A stretch of 64,000 nt of DNA, taken from assembly GCA_028534125.1 (NCBI GenBank), contig CM052817.1, positions 36,396,001 through 36,460,000 of the forward strand, given 5' to 3'. The DNA is from Lama glama (taxonomy: Eukaryota). The position numbers were made by a program, and so were the translations under genes. Shown one piece after another: positions 11,855-23,800 of this stretch (positions are counted from its first letter, which is position 1; each line of letters starts with the position of its first letter). The notes beneath the pieces were generated by a model, which did no database searches, was not told the DNA's origin, and worked only from the letters and a program-made list of their open reading frames with translations.

Positions 11855-14800
11855 CTAAAAAGGAATAAACTTTGGTTAAGATATTTAATAGAAAGAGCAA
11901 AACTTATAATGAAAAGGAAGAAATTAATCACTTCATTCGATAAATAGTTATTGGGTCCTCTTGTGCAAAGAGAACTACATGGGACCATGTGGAGTGAAGA
12001 AAAATAATGACATTTGGTCTTTATCCTCAGTGAGTTCATGATCTAGTTGTGGGGAAATTACATACAGGAAAAGAGACTACCAAGATACAAGGAAGTTGAG
12101 TAGCTAGACTAGGAGGTGTGAGGTGAAGCTGAGACTCAAGGCAGGGTCAGAGGTGCTAGGGCAACTTTAGAGGTCACATCTGGCTGGTCAGTTCTCAAGG
12201 AGAGGAGCTGGGTGACCTTTCAAGGCAGGAGAAAAAAGCCCAAGAAAAAGCCAGAGATTAGGAAGATGTAAGTGAACTCACTGAAGGTATAGACAGTGGG
12301 TCCTCTGGGCTGAAGCAAAAGTCTCCCGTTAAGAGAGAAGATTGGTAAGGTAGCTTGGGCTTGCGGAGAAGTAGGTTAGGTTTATGGAGAAGTTGGAATT
12401 GTCCTCAGAAATCCTCAGGAACAACAAAAACAGCACGAAGAAAGATGTGTATCTCAGGAAGAACTGAGAAATGAGATGAGAAGGTAAGACAGTAAGTCAT
12501 TAAGTCTGTCCTAGGGAAACCCTAGGGTTTCCACCAAGAAAAGTAATTCTTACACCACAAGGCCACAGAGCTTAGTGGTCTAGAGCCTGGGCTTTGCACT
12601 AGACTGCTGGGCTCAAACTCTCGTTCTGAGACTCACCAGCTATCTGAACATAGGAAAGCTACTGAATGCCTCAAGCCTCTTTTTCCTCATATCTGAAATG
12701 GGGAAAAATAAAAGTACCTGCTTCACAAGACTGCTATGAGGATAAAGGGAGGTAGCAGATACACAGTGATCAGTACAATGCCTGGCATAGAATAAGCACA
12801 CAATAAAAACGCAGTTGTTGTTATTATCATCATCAGTGGTCATTGCTACTATTATTATTTCTAAAATAATATTTGAGACAGTTTCCATTGTCCTAATTCC
12901 ATAGGACTTTAGATAATTAAATAATGGAAGGAATATGATATAAAAGGCTCCATTAGCCATGAATGACTGAAAAAAAAAAAAGGCTCCATTAGGAGCCAAC
13001 TTTCTTCACTAGAGTGAAGAAAGAGGACACAAACTGACATTGGAGGTAGGATTAGAGTCAGTATAGACAAGATAGTAAAATAGCAATATCTTTATTACTA
13101 TCATTTTCTTAAAATGAGAAACAGGCTCGTGTAAGAGGAAGAACACTGGTCTAGAAGGTGGGAAACCTGGGTTCTAACCCTTGCTTTGCCATTAACATTT
13201 TTGATGCATCAATAATGACTTTATCTCAAGTAAGATTCTTTAAAAGATATATAATTATAGATCCGTCTATTACTGTAATACTTACAGAGGAATTTTATCT
13301 TTTCATCTGAAGTTAATTTGTGGAAAGCTTTCCAAAACATCAGTATAGTATGATGTGATTTATGGTATCCTGGAATATAGCTTGAATTCTTGGGGAAAAA
13401 AGGAGAAAAATGGTTTTCAGTGGGGAATACATAGAAGTTGCGTGGAAGGATTGTGGGCACTTTGGTTATCGCCTACCTTTTCAAATTGTTCCCAGTCATA
13501 ATCAGTATTTCCAACCATCGCTGTCATTAGTTCTTCAGGCTGGAAATATTTAAGTATCTCCTTGTCACAGACTTTATGAAATCCTCTCTGAAATTCCTGA
13601 TAAACTGCCATTACAGAGGTGTTGAAAATGTAATCAACGTACTTAGAAACACAGTCTTTCCTTGAGGGAAGGAAAAAAAGGCCAATAACATACTTTACCT
13701 GTGACTAAAATATTCTCTACTTTGCCCTTTTTACCACTTCTATTGAGAAAGAAAAGTAAATTACTTCTGCATTGCACACCACCCTACACGACGCAGGGAC
13801 ATGAGAACATCTGGTCAGCTAGACGGAGGAAACTGGGAGAATACAGCAGGTGAAGACTTTGTTTTGCTCCCATTTCCCTAGATGCAGACGGGATATTTCA
13901 AATACACTAATCTGAAAATGTCAGTCTCCCACTTAAAATCTTTCAAAGGCTTCTCATTGCCTTTAGGGTAAATTCCAACTTCTCTAGCGGGATCAAAAAA
14001 GGCCTCTGTGCTCTGACCCTTGCCCGACTCAGCAACCTCCTCCCACTTGGATGGGCATTTCTGGCCTCACTGTCTCTCTTACGGTCAGGCCCCAGCAGGC
14101 AGGGTTTCCTCTTCACCTGGCAGCTTCCATCACTCATCAGAATTCAACCCGAACAAGGCTTTCTCTGGTTGGTCCTCTATTCCTCTCTCTCTCCTCTCAC
14201 AACACATCACTGTGTGAAACTTAATTCTGCAAAGGCCATCTTCTCCACTACGGAATGAATTTCCTGATGGCAGGTTTGCTACCAGAGAGGTTTTCCACCA
14301 GAGAGCCACCAGAAACATACCAGTCTCCTACCCTTTGAGTATCCTTTGTGGACTATCCTTTAGAAATAAACCCCCTCTGTGCTCCCCGGTAACCAGCTGT
14401 GTGCTGTTAAGTGGTCTACAACCAGCTCTCGTAAAAGGAGAGAGAAAAAGAGGGAACCCTCATTTGCAGCATTTGCCAACTTCTGTTATGTAACTTCCCA
14501 CCACAGCTCATTTTAAGCTATTAACACTTTTAATAGTAAACCCTCAACATTTTTGAAACTTTTACAATCAGCTCTCACAAGCTCCAGCATACCACCACCT
14601 GTCACTCTCTAGTTCTTTAATTGGTTTTAATTTTCTTCAGAGAGCTCATCCTGATCTGACATCTTATCAGATAATAATTTATTTGTGTACCGACTTTCTG
14701 CCTCACTGGAATTTAAGCTCCAGATTTTGTCTGTCTGTTGCACTGCTGTATCTCTGGCACCTGGAATAGGGTCTGGTATAGAGTAGAGGCTCAAAAATAA

Positions 14801-17800
14801 TTGTTAAACGAGTAGTGAAAAGTGCTGCCAAGGAAATATTTAATCCTGATTCCTTTCTCCCCGTCTCTTCCCTGTAAACTTTTATCTTTCTTAAAAGATC
14901 AGAAGCTAAGATGATCATCTGAGAAGACAAAATACATTTGTAAAGCATAGTGATGTAAACATGTGTATTCAAAGCAGATATACTAGGTCTCAGTACTTAC
15001 TTGTTGCTTTGGTCTACAAATATAGAGCTCCCATCTGGAATTAAATCAGCATTCTTTTGGTCCCAGTGTATCAGTAGCCAAAATATATTTCAGGTGCAAA
15101 ACATGAAAGAAAGATTGAATAATCAGCCGTAATACTAGGACTGCTAGTACATTCTTCCCTATAAAATTTTAAATAACTAGGAATTAAATACTTACGTAGT
15201 TCAGCCTTTTAAATATATATAAAAATAAAAACATATCCTAGTATATATTGCATATTGCTTTTAAGCATATATCATCCCATTTAGTTGTTTACACTGTTCA
15301 CACTGATGGAATAACTGCTGTCTTTTCACTTTATTTGAGAGTATATAGATACAAGGTATCAAATGAGGAGCAAGCAAAGGAAAAGTCTTACAGTACAGAA
15401 GTGAAATATCTTTCAAAAAAGGAATCGCATATTTAAGACATGATGAAAAATATTTTTAAAAAACATTCAACTATAATCTGGCTTTCACTAGTACTCACAG
15501 AAAAACATATGCCAAGTACTTCTTTAATGTCATCGGCTTCATCGTTTAGAACTTCTTGCAAATTCCTAATGAAAATTTTGATTTAAAAGTTATATTTATT
15601 GATCTTGTAAAATTTCAAAAGAAATAAATGTTCAATGGAAAAAAAATATAGAAATGTATAAAATGCTGTGTAAATTTCTTCTCCACCTTCCCACTCCTTC
15701 TTCCTAGACTTAACCCCTATTTACAGTTTGATTGGTCGAACCACTGCTAACACATAGACACTGCTGTGTCTTGGTGGAATTATAAAAAGAAGCCCCTTCC
15801 TCCAGACCAGTGATTCTCAAACAGGGGTGATTTTTGCCCACCAGAAGACATCTGGCAAAATCTGGAGACATCTTTGGTTGTCACAATTAAAGGAAGAGCT
15901 GCTACCGGCATCTAGCAGATAGCAACCCCAAGTGCTGCTAAACATGCCTACAACGTCCAGGTCAGCCTTCCATAGCCCAAAATGTCAGGATTGCCAAGGT
16001 TGAGAAACCATGCTCTGGACTGTCAGAATCCTTCTCCCCCATCTGTTGCCAACTCTGTATTTATGAAAACCTTTAAATAGTTGTCAATCTGTAAGCAGAA
16101 AAATGGTATCTCATTTTCGTTTGCACTTTCTTGATCACTAGTAAGGTTGAGCATATCTTCATTTTTTGATTATATATACACACATATAGCCATATATATT
16201 TATGCATCAGAAATATTAATGCTTTGTCTATCATGTGTTGCCAGTATTTTCCTCACAGGCTATAGTTTGCCTTTTAACTTAGAACATGTATTTCTCAATC
16301 CTTAAAAAATAAAGTTGATGACATGCTGATTTATTAAAATAAGTTAAATATGATTTATTAAAATAAACATAGCCTGCGTGATTCTCATTAAGAATATCGT
16401 GTACTGTCCCAAACAACTGTTTCCATCTGGATAAATTCAAGAGACCAATTTGTTGTACTGTTTATTGTACTGGCTGATAACTAGAGGAGCGTTTGGCTTT
16501 TCTCCATTTTTGAACATTTACTGGATTATAAGTCTTGCTAAAATTCAAATTCATCTAAAGAACATGCGCATTTATTGAAACTGAAGACCTTGTCTGTGTG
16601 TCTGTGTGTGTCTCTACGTGTCTGTGTATCTGTGTGTGTAACATTATTTTTGCCTGACTAACTGAGACTGACTAGATATACAGTCCTGGAAAAGCCATTA
16701 TGGTTACTTACTTCCCCAAAACAGGACTGAATTCTTTTAAATCTTCCAGTGATGGCTTTTGGTCCAGAAGTTTCTTAAACAGAGCCAGTGGGAAAGGAAG
16801 GTTAGCAACATTTAAGTTGTAAAGTGAGAGTCCACACAGCATCCCAAAGAGGAAATATCTCTTCTTCTCAAATTTAGGCTGGAAAAGGAGAAGAAAAAAA
16901 TCCTTAATGTATTATAAATAATCAATAGTCCAAAGGGTAAGTATATTAGTTAAAAAAAATGGTTTGGTTCCCTTTTCTAAAAGTCACAAATTAGAAACAA
17001 AATGGGCTTCAGGAAAATCAAAATTTGAGATTCTTACACAAGCTATAATGCAATTTAAATTTCTTCCATTAGTCAAAATACGAATGTTAAATAAATGAAT
17101 TTGCTTTTTGTTCCTAATAGCACATCTGGACTATGAAAAAATATGCTCAGATAGCCTTATAAACCAAGGTTGTCACTGTTTAATTTTACAGTCTGCCTTC
17201 AAATTTGTGTAGAAGAACGACACTAGGAAAAGAAGGGTACACTTTATCTACACTTGCAGTGGGCAACAGGCATGTCAGGTGTAGTGCAGAGGAGTGCCGT
17301 CCCCTTCAACAATGCAGCCCTGGACTCAAGTATGCTTATGGACAAGCATACAGGCCAGGAAAGGTGACTGGTGCTGCTGACTGTGAGGGTCGGTGGAAGG
17401 AGAAAGGAAAGAGTCCTGATGAAACTGGCTTCACTCTCCTCTCTGCCCTTTGTAGTCCCAGATGAGGAAGAACACTGGCCACGTCTGGCCAAGCCATCAC
17501 TGCAGCCCAACCGAGAGATCACTAGCTTAAAAATTCTGAGATTCCAGTTCCAGTGTCAGCCTTGCCATTAGCAAGTGCATGATTTTAGGCCACCCACATA
17601 CCAGTCTGTGCCTCAGTCTACTTGCCCTATGTTAAAAATGCATCTGAATTTTGAAAACGAGTTTTAAAAAGTTCAGTATGAGTACTCTCCAAAGGTGACC
17701 TCCTCTAACCTAATCAGTCTTATTTCCTGTATTCGTAAGGTGTCCCCTGGTCTAGTTGATTGTGCCTCTTTACTGAGCCATACACAAATCAGACTTTTGT

Positions 17801-20800
17801 CTCTGTGTTTTCTATCCAGCACTAAAGTATAAGGCTTTAAGCCCTGAATTCATCTCCTAGCTTGGTCACTTGCAAGCTGAATGTCCTTGGACAGTTTATT
17901 TAAACTTTCTGAGCCTCAGTTTCTTCATCTGTAAAATGGGGACGAACCACCTCTATCTGAGGGTTGACGTAAGGTTTATTTTCCTCTTCTCCATTCCCCA
18001 CCTGCATCTCTTTGATATGTTTAGTCCTTATCCTTCAACATCAACCTTACGTCTCCACTTTTCTAAGACAGTTTTTCCAATCACTTCAGTCCCCCCTGAT
18101 TTCTTTTCCTCCTAATAAAGAATCTCTTATATTTGTACAGTGCCCTGAAGGTTTCATGGTACTGTCACACTTTGACGTTCTTTATCTTGTTTTATTCTCG
18201 CAACAGCTCTACAAAGCAGGCAGAACAGAAATTACAGCAGCCATTTTTTAGGTGAGGAAACTGCAAACTCAGAGGGGCTAAATGACACACTCAACATCAC
18301 TCAAGACTGCAAGTCTGCGCTTTTAATCCCACAAGAGAGCTCCCTTCCCACCCCACCTCCCCCACCATGTTCCCAGTGACTGTTAGAACACTTGAAGTTG
18401 GCAGTCCATAATTTCAAAAAATTGCTAAAATTGCTGGTATTTCAGTCTTTTGGCTCCATATACATATACAAAAAGTTTCGAGAGGAAATAGATTGTGTTG
18501 TATACTAATCTGAATCTTCTATAATATTTAATACAATGTGGGAACCTCAAGAAACAGTCAATAAAAACTTGTTGATTGGTAAAAAATCTGAACACTGGCA
18601 CTCCTTGACCACTTTTAGGGGTTCATTCCTTCTCAAAAAGATACAAAACACCTTTCAGTACTTTTTCAGTACTTTGTCTTCTCCTGTCCCCTGCCTTTTC
18701 CTGGACTCCAAACTCTACCACATCATTTGGAAGAACATTTGGAAGTTTATGGATAAGGGAATGGATAAATAGAAGTTTGACATGTGATTCTTTTTAGAAT
18801 TATTTGCTCTGTGTTACTAACAGAGAAATGAAGACACTTTTTTTGGTGTTACTTCAAGAAAGTGTTTACATTTTGAGGATCTTTGTAAAAATATAATCCT
18901 TGCAGAAATGAATTGCCTCGTTAGAATTAGCAATTATCTCTAGGATTCTATTAACAATTTCTCCTCTAATTTGAAACACTAGATTACTGCCTCTTAAAAT
19001 GTAGGAAACCACCCAAATATCCATCAGTAGGCGACTACATAAATGAAGTGCAGTACATCTAAACAATGGAATATTACTCAGCAATCAAAGGGAATGAACT
19101 ATGGATACATATAACAACATGCCTGAGTCTCAATGTCATTATGCTGAGTGAAAGATAGACACAAAGGCTATTTATAATTCCATTTATGTAAAATTCCAGG
19201 AAATTCAGACTAACCTATAGTGATAGAAATCAGATCAGTGGTTGCCTGTGCCTGCAGCAAGGAGTAGGAACAGGGAGGAGTAGGATCAGAAAGGGGTATG
19301 TCGAGGAGGGTAATAGCTTAGTGGTAGAGCACATGCTTAGCATACACGAGGTCCTGAGTTCAATCCCCAGTACCTCCATTAAAAAAAAAGAATTAAAAAA
19401 AAAAAAAAGGGATGTAGGAAACCCTGGGGAATGGGTATACTCATTATCTTGATTGTGCTGATAGTTCCACAGGTATAGATGTATATGAAAGTTTATCAAA
19501 TTAGACACCTTATGTGCCATTTATTATATCTCAAGTATACTTTTTTCAAACTGTTTAGAACTTTGATAAGCATACGAATCACCTGGGGAATCTTATAAAA
19601 TACACATTCTGACCTGGGCCCAAGGTTCTGCTCTTCTTCTAATGCTGGAGCTTCTGCTCCATGGACCGTATTTTGAGTAGCAAGGCTCGACATGACCCAA
19701 TTTTACATTAGCATGGTTTTCATGTTATAGGACACGGTATACATTTTCTGTTCTGATAAACCATAAGAAAATAAATAAAAGACTCACATTGGTAGGAAAC
19801 CACATGCAGGAACCCTCTTCAGGATATATGAACATTCCATATTCTTTCTTGGTCATCTCTTCAAATATACAGTGGAAGAACTCGGACTTCACTCCTTCCC
19901 CCACAGAACGAATTTCTTTAATAAATTCAACCTGAGAAAAGAAAACACACTCCTAGGTCCAGTTTCAAAACATAATGCCTTTACTTTTAAGGAAAAGTTT
20001 CAAACCTCCTGCAGGCACCAGAGTTCCCAGAATCCACTCTCCTGACCTCACTGCACTCTGTTCTCCCTCAGTTTGCTTTCTGAGAAGCAGATGCCATGAA
20101 CCTGTTTACCGTCAGATTACGGTATAGAGAGCGCCTGGGTGCCCACATGGCCACAAGAACCAAGTGAGGTGGGATTCCAGCAAGACTTAGCATTCACCAG
20201 TTACACTGACCAGCGTCCTGAATTAAATTTTGATGTGCCTCAAACCCCTGGGCCACTAAATTCCTCAGTTCTTCTATCTGACCTATCTTCATCTCATCAT
20301 TTAGGCTTTACAACTTGGGCTCCAGTCAATCCTTACTTGGTTTCTCCTGCCTCTCCCCTCATCAGGACTGCTGACAAACACATCTCCCAGTCAGCCTGGG
20401 CCTGGCACCTGTGTAGGAACCTTCAGATCTGACTGCCCAGAGCCCTCGTGTGGGAATCACTAAGAACCAGTCCCTCTTTTCTGAAGTCTTTAGACTTTGT
20501 AGTTGAGTGCTAGCCTGGCTTCCTCCTACCTCTCTGACTACCGCTTCTATACCTCTTCTCCCACCTATTTCTTTGCATCTTTCTAATATCGTATCCCTAA
20601 GCTTCACTACAAGTTCTCTTTCTTTTCTCTTTGCCTAGAAGACCTTATTTACTGCCACTTTGATCAACTGACTCCTTGGCCACAGTCCATCATTTCCAAG
20701 GGCCTGCCTCACACTCCATCTGGATATCCCAATAAATTAAACTTACTTCCGATTTTCTTATTTCTGCTCATTTACACTAGCAAGTCTGTCTTCACCATGG

Positions 20801-23800
20801 TCAGGACCTGCTCAGAAAGGGCCTTGACAACCTTACCTTGTTCAGAGTCTGTATTTTGATTGGATCTGTCTTGAAGTTTACCTTCTTACCTCTTTGTCAT
20901 CTCCTGTAGGAGGAATCATCTCCTATGGATTTCCTCATAATCAAGACTTAAAGCAAAATAGGTACAGAAGGAGACAACAACTAGCAAGTCTGGCTCATAA
21001 AGTAGTTGCCTTGTTACCCATTAGAGCTGCAGGCTGGGAAACATACCTCTCCTCTCTGAGCCCTAACCTTCGGTTCTCACTTCTCTGAGAGACTGACTCT
21101 TCCCTCATGACCAGTACGGGGAAAAGCCACTCCCTTCTGGGCAGACTCCAGCTCTAATCTACAAAGTTACTCATTATTCTGTGGGCAAGCCATCTGAGGT
21201 ACCACACAGTAAAACCCTACAGGTGTCCACAGAAGATGAAGTGAAGGATGGCTAGAATTGGAACCAATATAGTAGAAAGTCTATGACTAAAACTAGAGAC
21301 ACAATGTAGGAAAAGTATCTGTTCCACCTGCTGCTTGTTGTTTGCCTTCAAAGCCCCAGTTCTTTATCCCTCGCTGGTCCGTGTCTTTTGCATGTGACTT
21401 TGCAGTTCCTCCCATTAAAGAGGCTGAGAGTATTTTGCCAGCCCTCAGTTTGGGCTCAGGTATGTGACTTGCTTTGATTACAGCATCGTTTGTCGAGTGA
21501 CTGGGCTTGCTATCTTGTACCTCTGACACTGCTGTAAGAAGAACATGCCTGAGGGTCTCAGGAAGAAGATGGAAAACATAGGAAGCAGGGCCAGACTGCC
21601 CCAGCCAGGCTAGGCTAGATCAGCTAATCCCTAGCCAACTCCCAACCAGGTGAACAAGTACAGACGAAATCTGCAAAGCCACCCAGATGAATTCAACCTA
21701 CATCAACCAGACCCTCAGCCAAACTGCAGGTTTGTAAAATTATTGCTATTTTAAGTCATTACGCTTTGGGATGGTTCATTACGCAGCATTTCTGTAGCCA
21801 TCAGTAACTAATAGTTAACTCATAACCCCAATGTTCAATTAAACATCCCATAGCTTTTCTCTGAAGGGTAAGCAAGGAATCCTGGGAACCGTTAGGCTTG
21901 CAAACTGTAGTTGCAAATACAGACTCTTCTCTGCTATATTATATCAGTGTTTTCCTCCCATATTAGTAAAAATGTCCAATGAGACTTTTTACTGTACCAC
22001 TAATACTTTCCGGAGGTCAGTGGTTTCAGCTTGGCTTAACTGACGCAGAGCATCTTCAACTAGGTGACTTCGTCTGACTCTAAGTGTAAATGGAAGTGGT
22101 GGAGGGAATTCAGCTTCTCCTGAAAGAATCATTTGCTCAACTTTTTTTCCTTCTGATTCCTAGAAAAAGAAATATTTTAGGAATTCTCATAGGGATACTA
22201 GGAATTGTTTAATATTTCAAATGAACATATTTTATAAAGCATTCATTTATGCCTACCATTGCTATATGTACTCATATTGTAATTATTTAAGGAAAAGAGC
22301 ACTGTATATACACTATGGAAGATATAGAGATCGTAGGAGCTGTGAAACTGAGGCACCTAGGAGTTGTGTATACAACTCTCTTGGGGCCTGTCCTGCAACA
22401 GTGACAGTGGACACTAGCTATCCTACTTCAGGCTCCCAGGCTAAACGTGGTTGTCCAGTTAAGCTCTTTACAAGCATCTCAGAGAAGTGTGCATGTGGCT
22501 GTGGGCTTGGGAAAGCCCTGTCCCAGATTTCGGCCACACTAAGTCCTAGGAAGTTTGTATGTGATGCCACTAGATTCTTCTGCTTTTTCCTTAAGATGTT
22601 TATTGTAAAGAAATTCCGGATTTGTAGAGAAATAGAACAAGTGCCATGTCTGGTCCTTCCTGGTGGTGGGTCATCTCTTCCTGTGGCCCTGGAGTCTGCA
22701 GCTCTGGGACGCTTCAGCGATACCGACTGCTGAGCAACATGTCCCATGGCTCTGAGTGACAAGGACTGGCCAGCAGTGTCCTCCACTGATTGTAGCAAGG
22801 AGAAGTGTATGTGGCCTATTGTGGGCCCACCCTTCTCTCACCTAACCGAGAATTGGACTAGAAACCTACAGCTTATCTTATTTCCCAGTGTCTCTACTCC
22901 CCTTCTCCGTGGATTGGTTTCCCCTTCCTGCATGGATGTATTTGAATCAGTAATGCAGTTTGGAGCTTACAGCTTTGACTATGCTCATCATCTCTCCTTT
23001 GGAGAACGGGATTCTGCAGGCTGCTTTCTGATTTTACCCTTGACAACTACAACTAGAGCTTTCTTGTCCTCAAACCTCTCCTAGTGCTTCATGGTATGCA
23101 GCCTGCCTGGGTCCACTGTCCACTCAACCCTCACTAACAGAGTAGACAGGTTAGACAGAGCACTGCTGTTGAAGAAAATACCATGCAGGGAAGAATTTAA
23201 TCTATTTTCTCCTGTAACCAGGGATGTTAGGGAAAAAATTTTTAAGGAGTAGTTGGGAAACAAAAGAAGAGATGATTCAGTCAAATCTTCTTGTAAATAA
23301 GCAGATGACAGATACTAACAATAGGAACTAGAGGAAGAGTCCTTATCTACAGAATGCTTTTAGCAGAATGTACCTTGTCCATCTAGGTTGCTTATTACAA
23401 ATAAACTGTGGATGTATAAATTTATGAGGCCATGGCTCACTGGAAAATGCCATGTAAACTTTATAATCAATAGAGTTTATAAAGGAAATATTTGATAACT
23501 GAAATGGCCCCTTTTCTGCATATGATGTCCTAGGCTTCTCCATGTTTCACCTAGATGGCCTAGATCCTTTGAATTATTAATGAAAGTAATAGGCATGATT
23601 TCTGATTCCTACGAGTCTTTAAAATATAAATATCACAGATAAACAGATACAAACCTTTCCTGAGAAATGGCCTACAAAACAAATCTCAGCAATCAGAAAA
23701 TGTTTGGAAAATCTTTAGCATAATGTCTGGGGGTGAGGGGCAGGGTGAGCATTATAAATACTAAGTCTGATGGTGATAACAGAGACAAAATAGCACATAA

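Noticed and set aside
4636..13286. HERC6-HERC5 read-through fusion protein (exon 22 to HERC5 exon 2, both phase 1)
   Set aside because: Phases match, but the junction codon would be T+AG = TAG, a stop; no transcript evidence is available.
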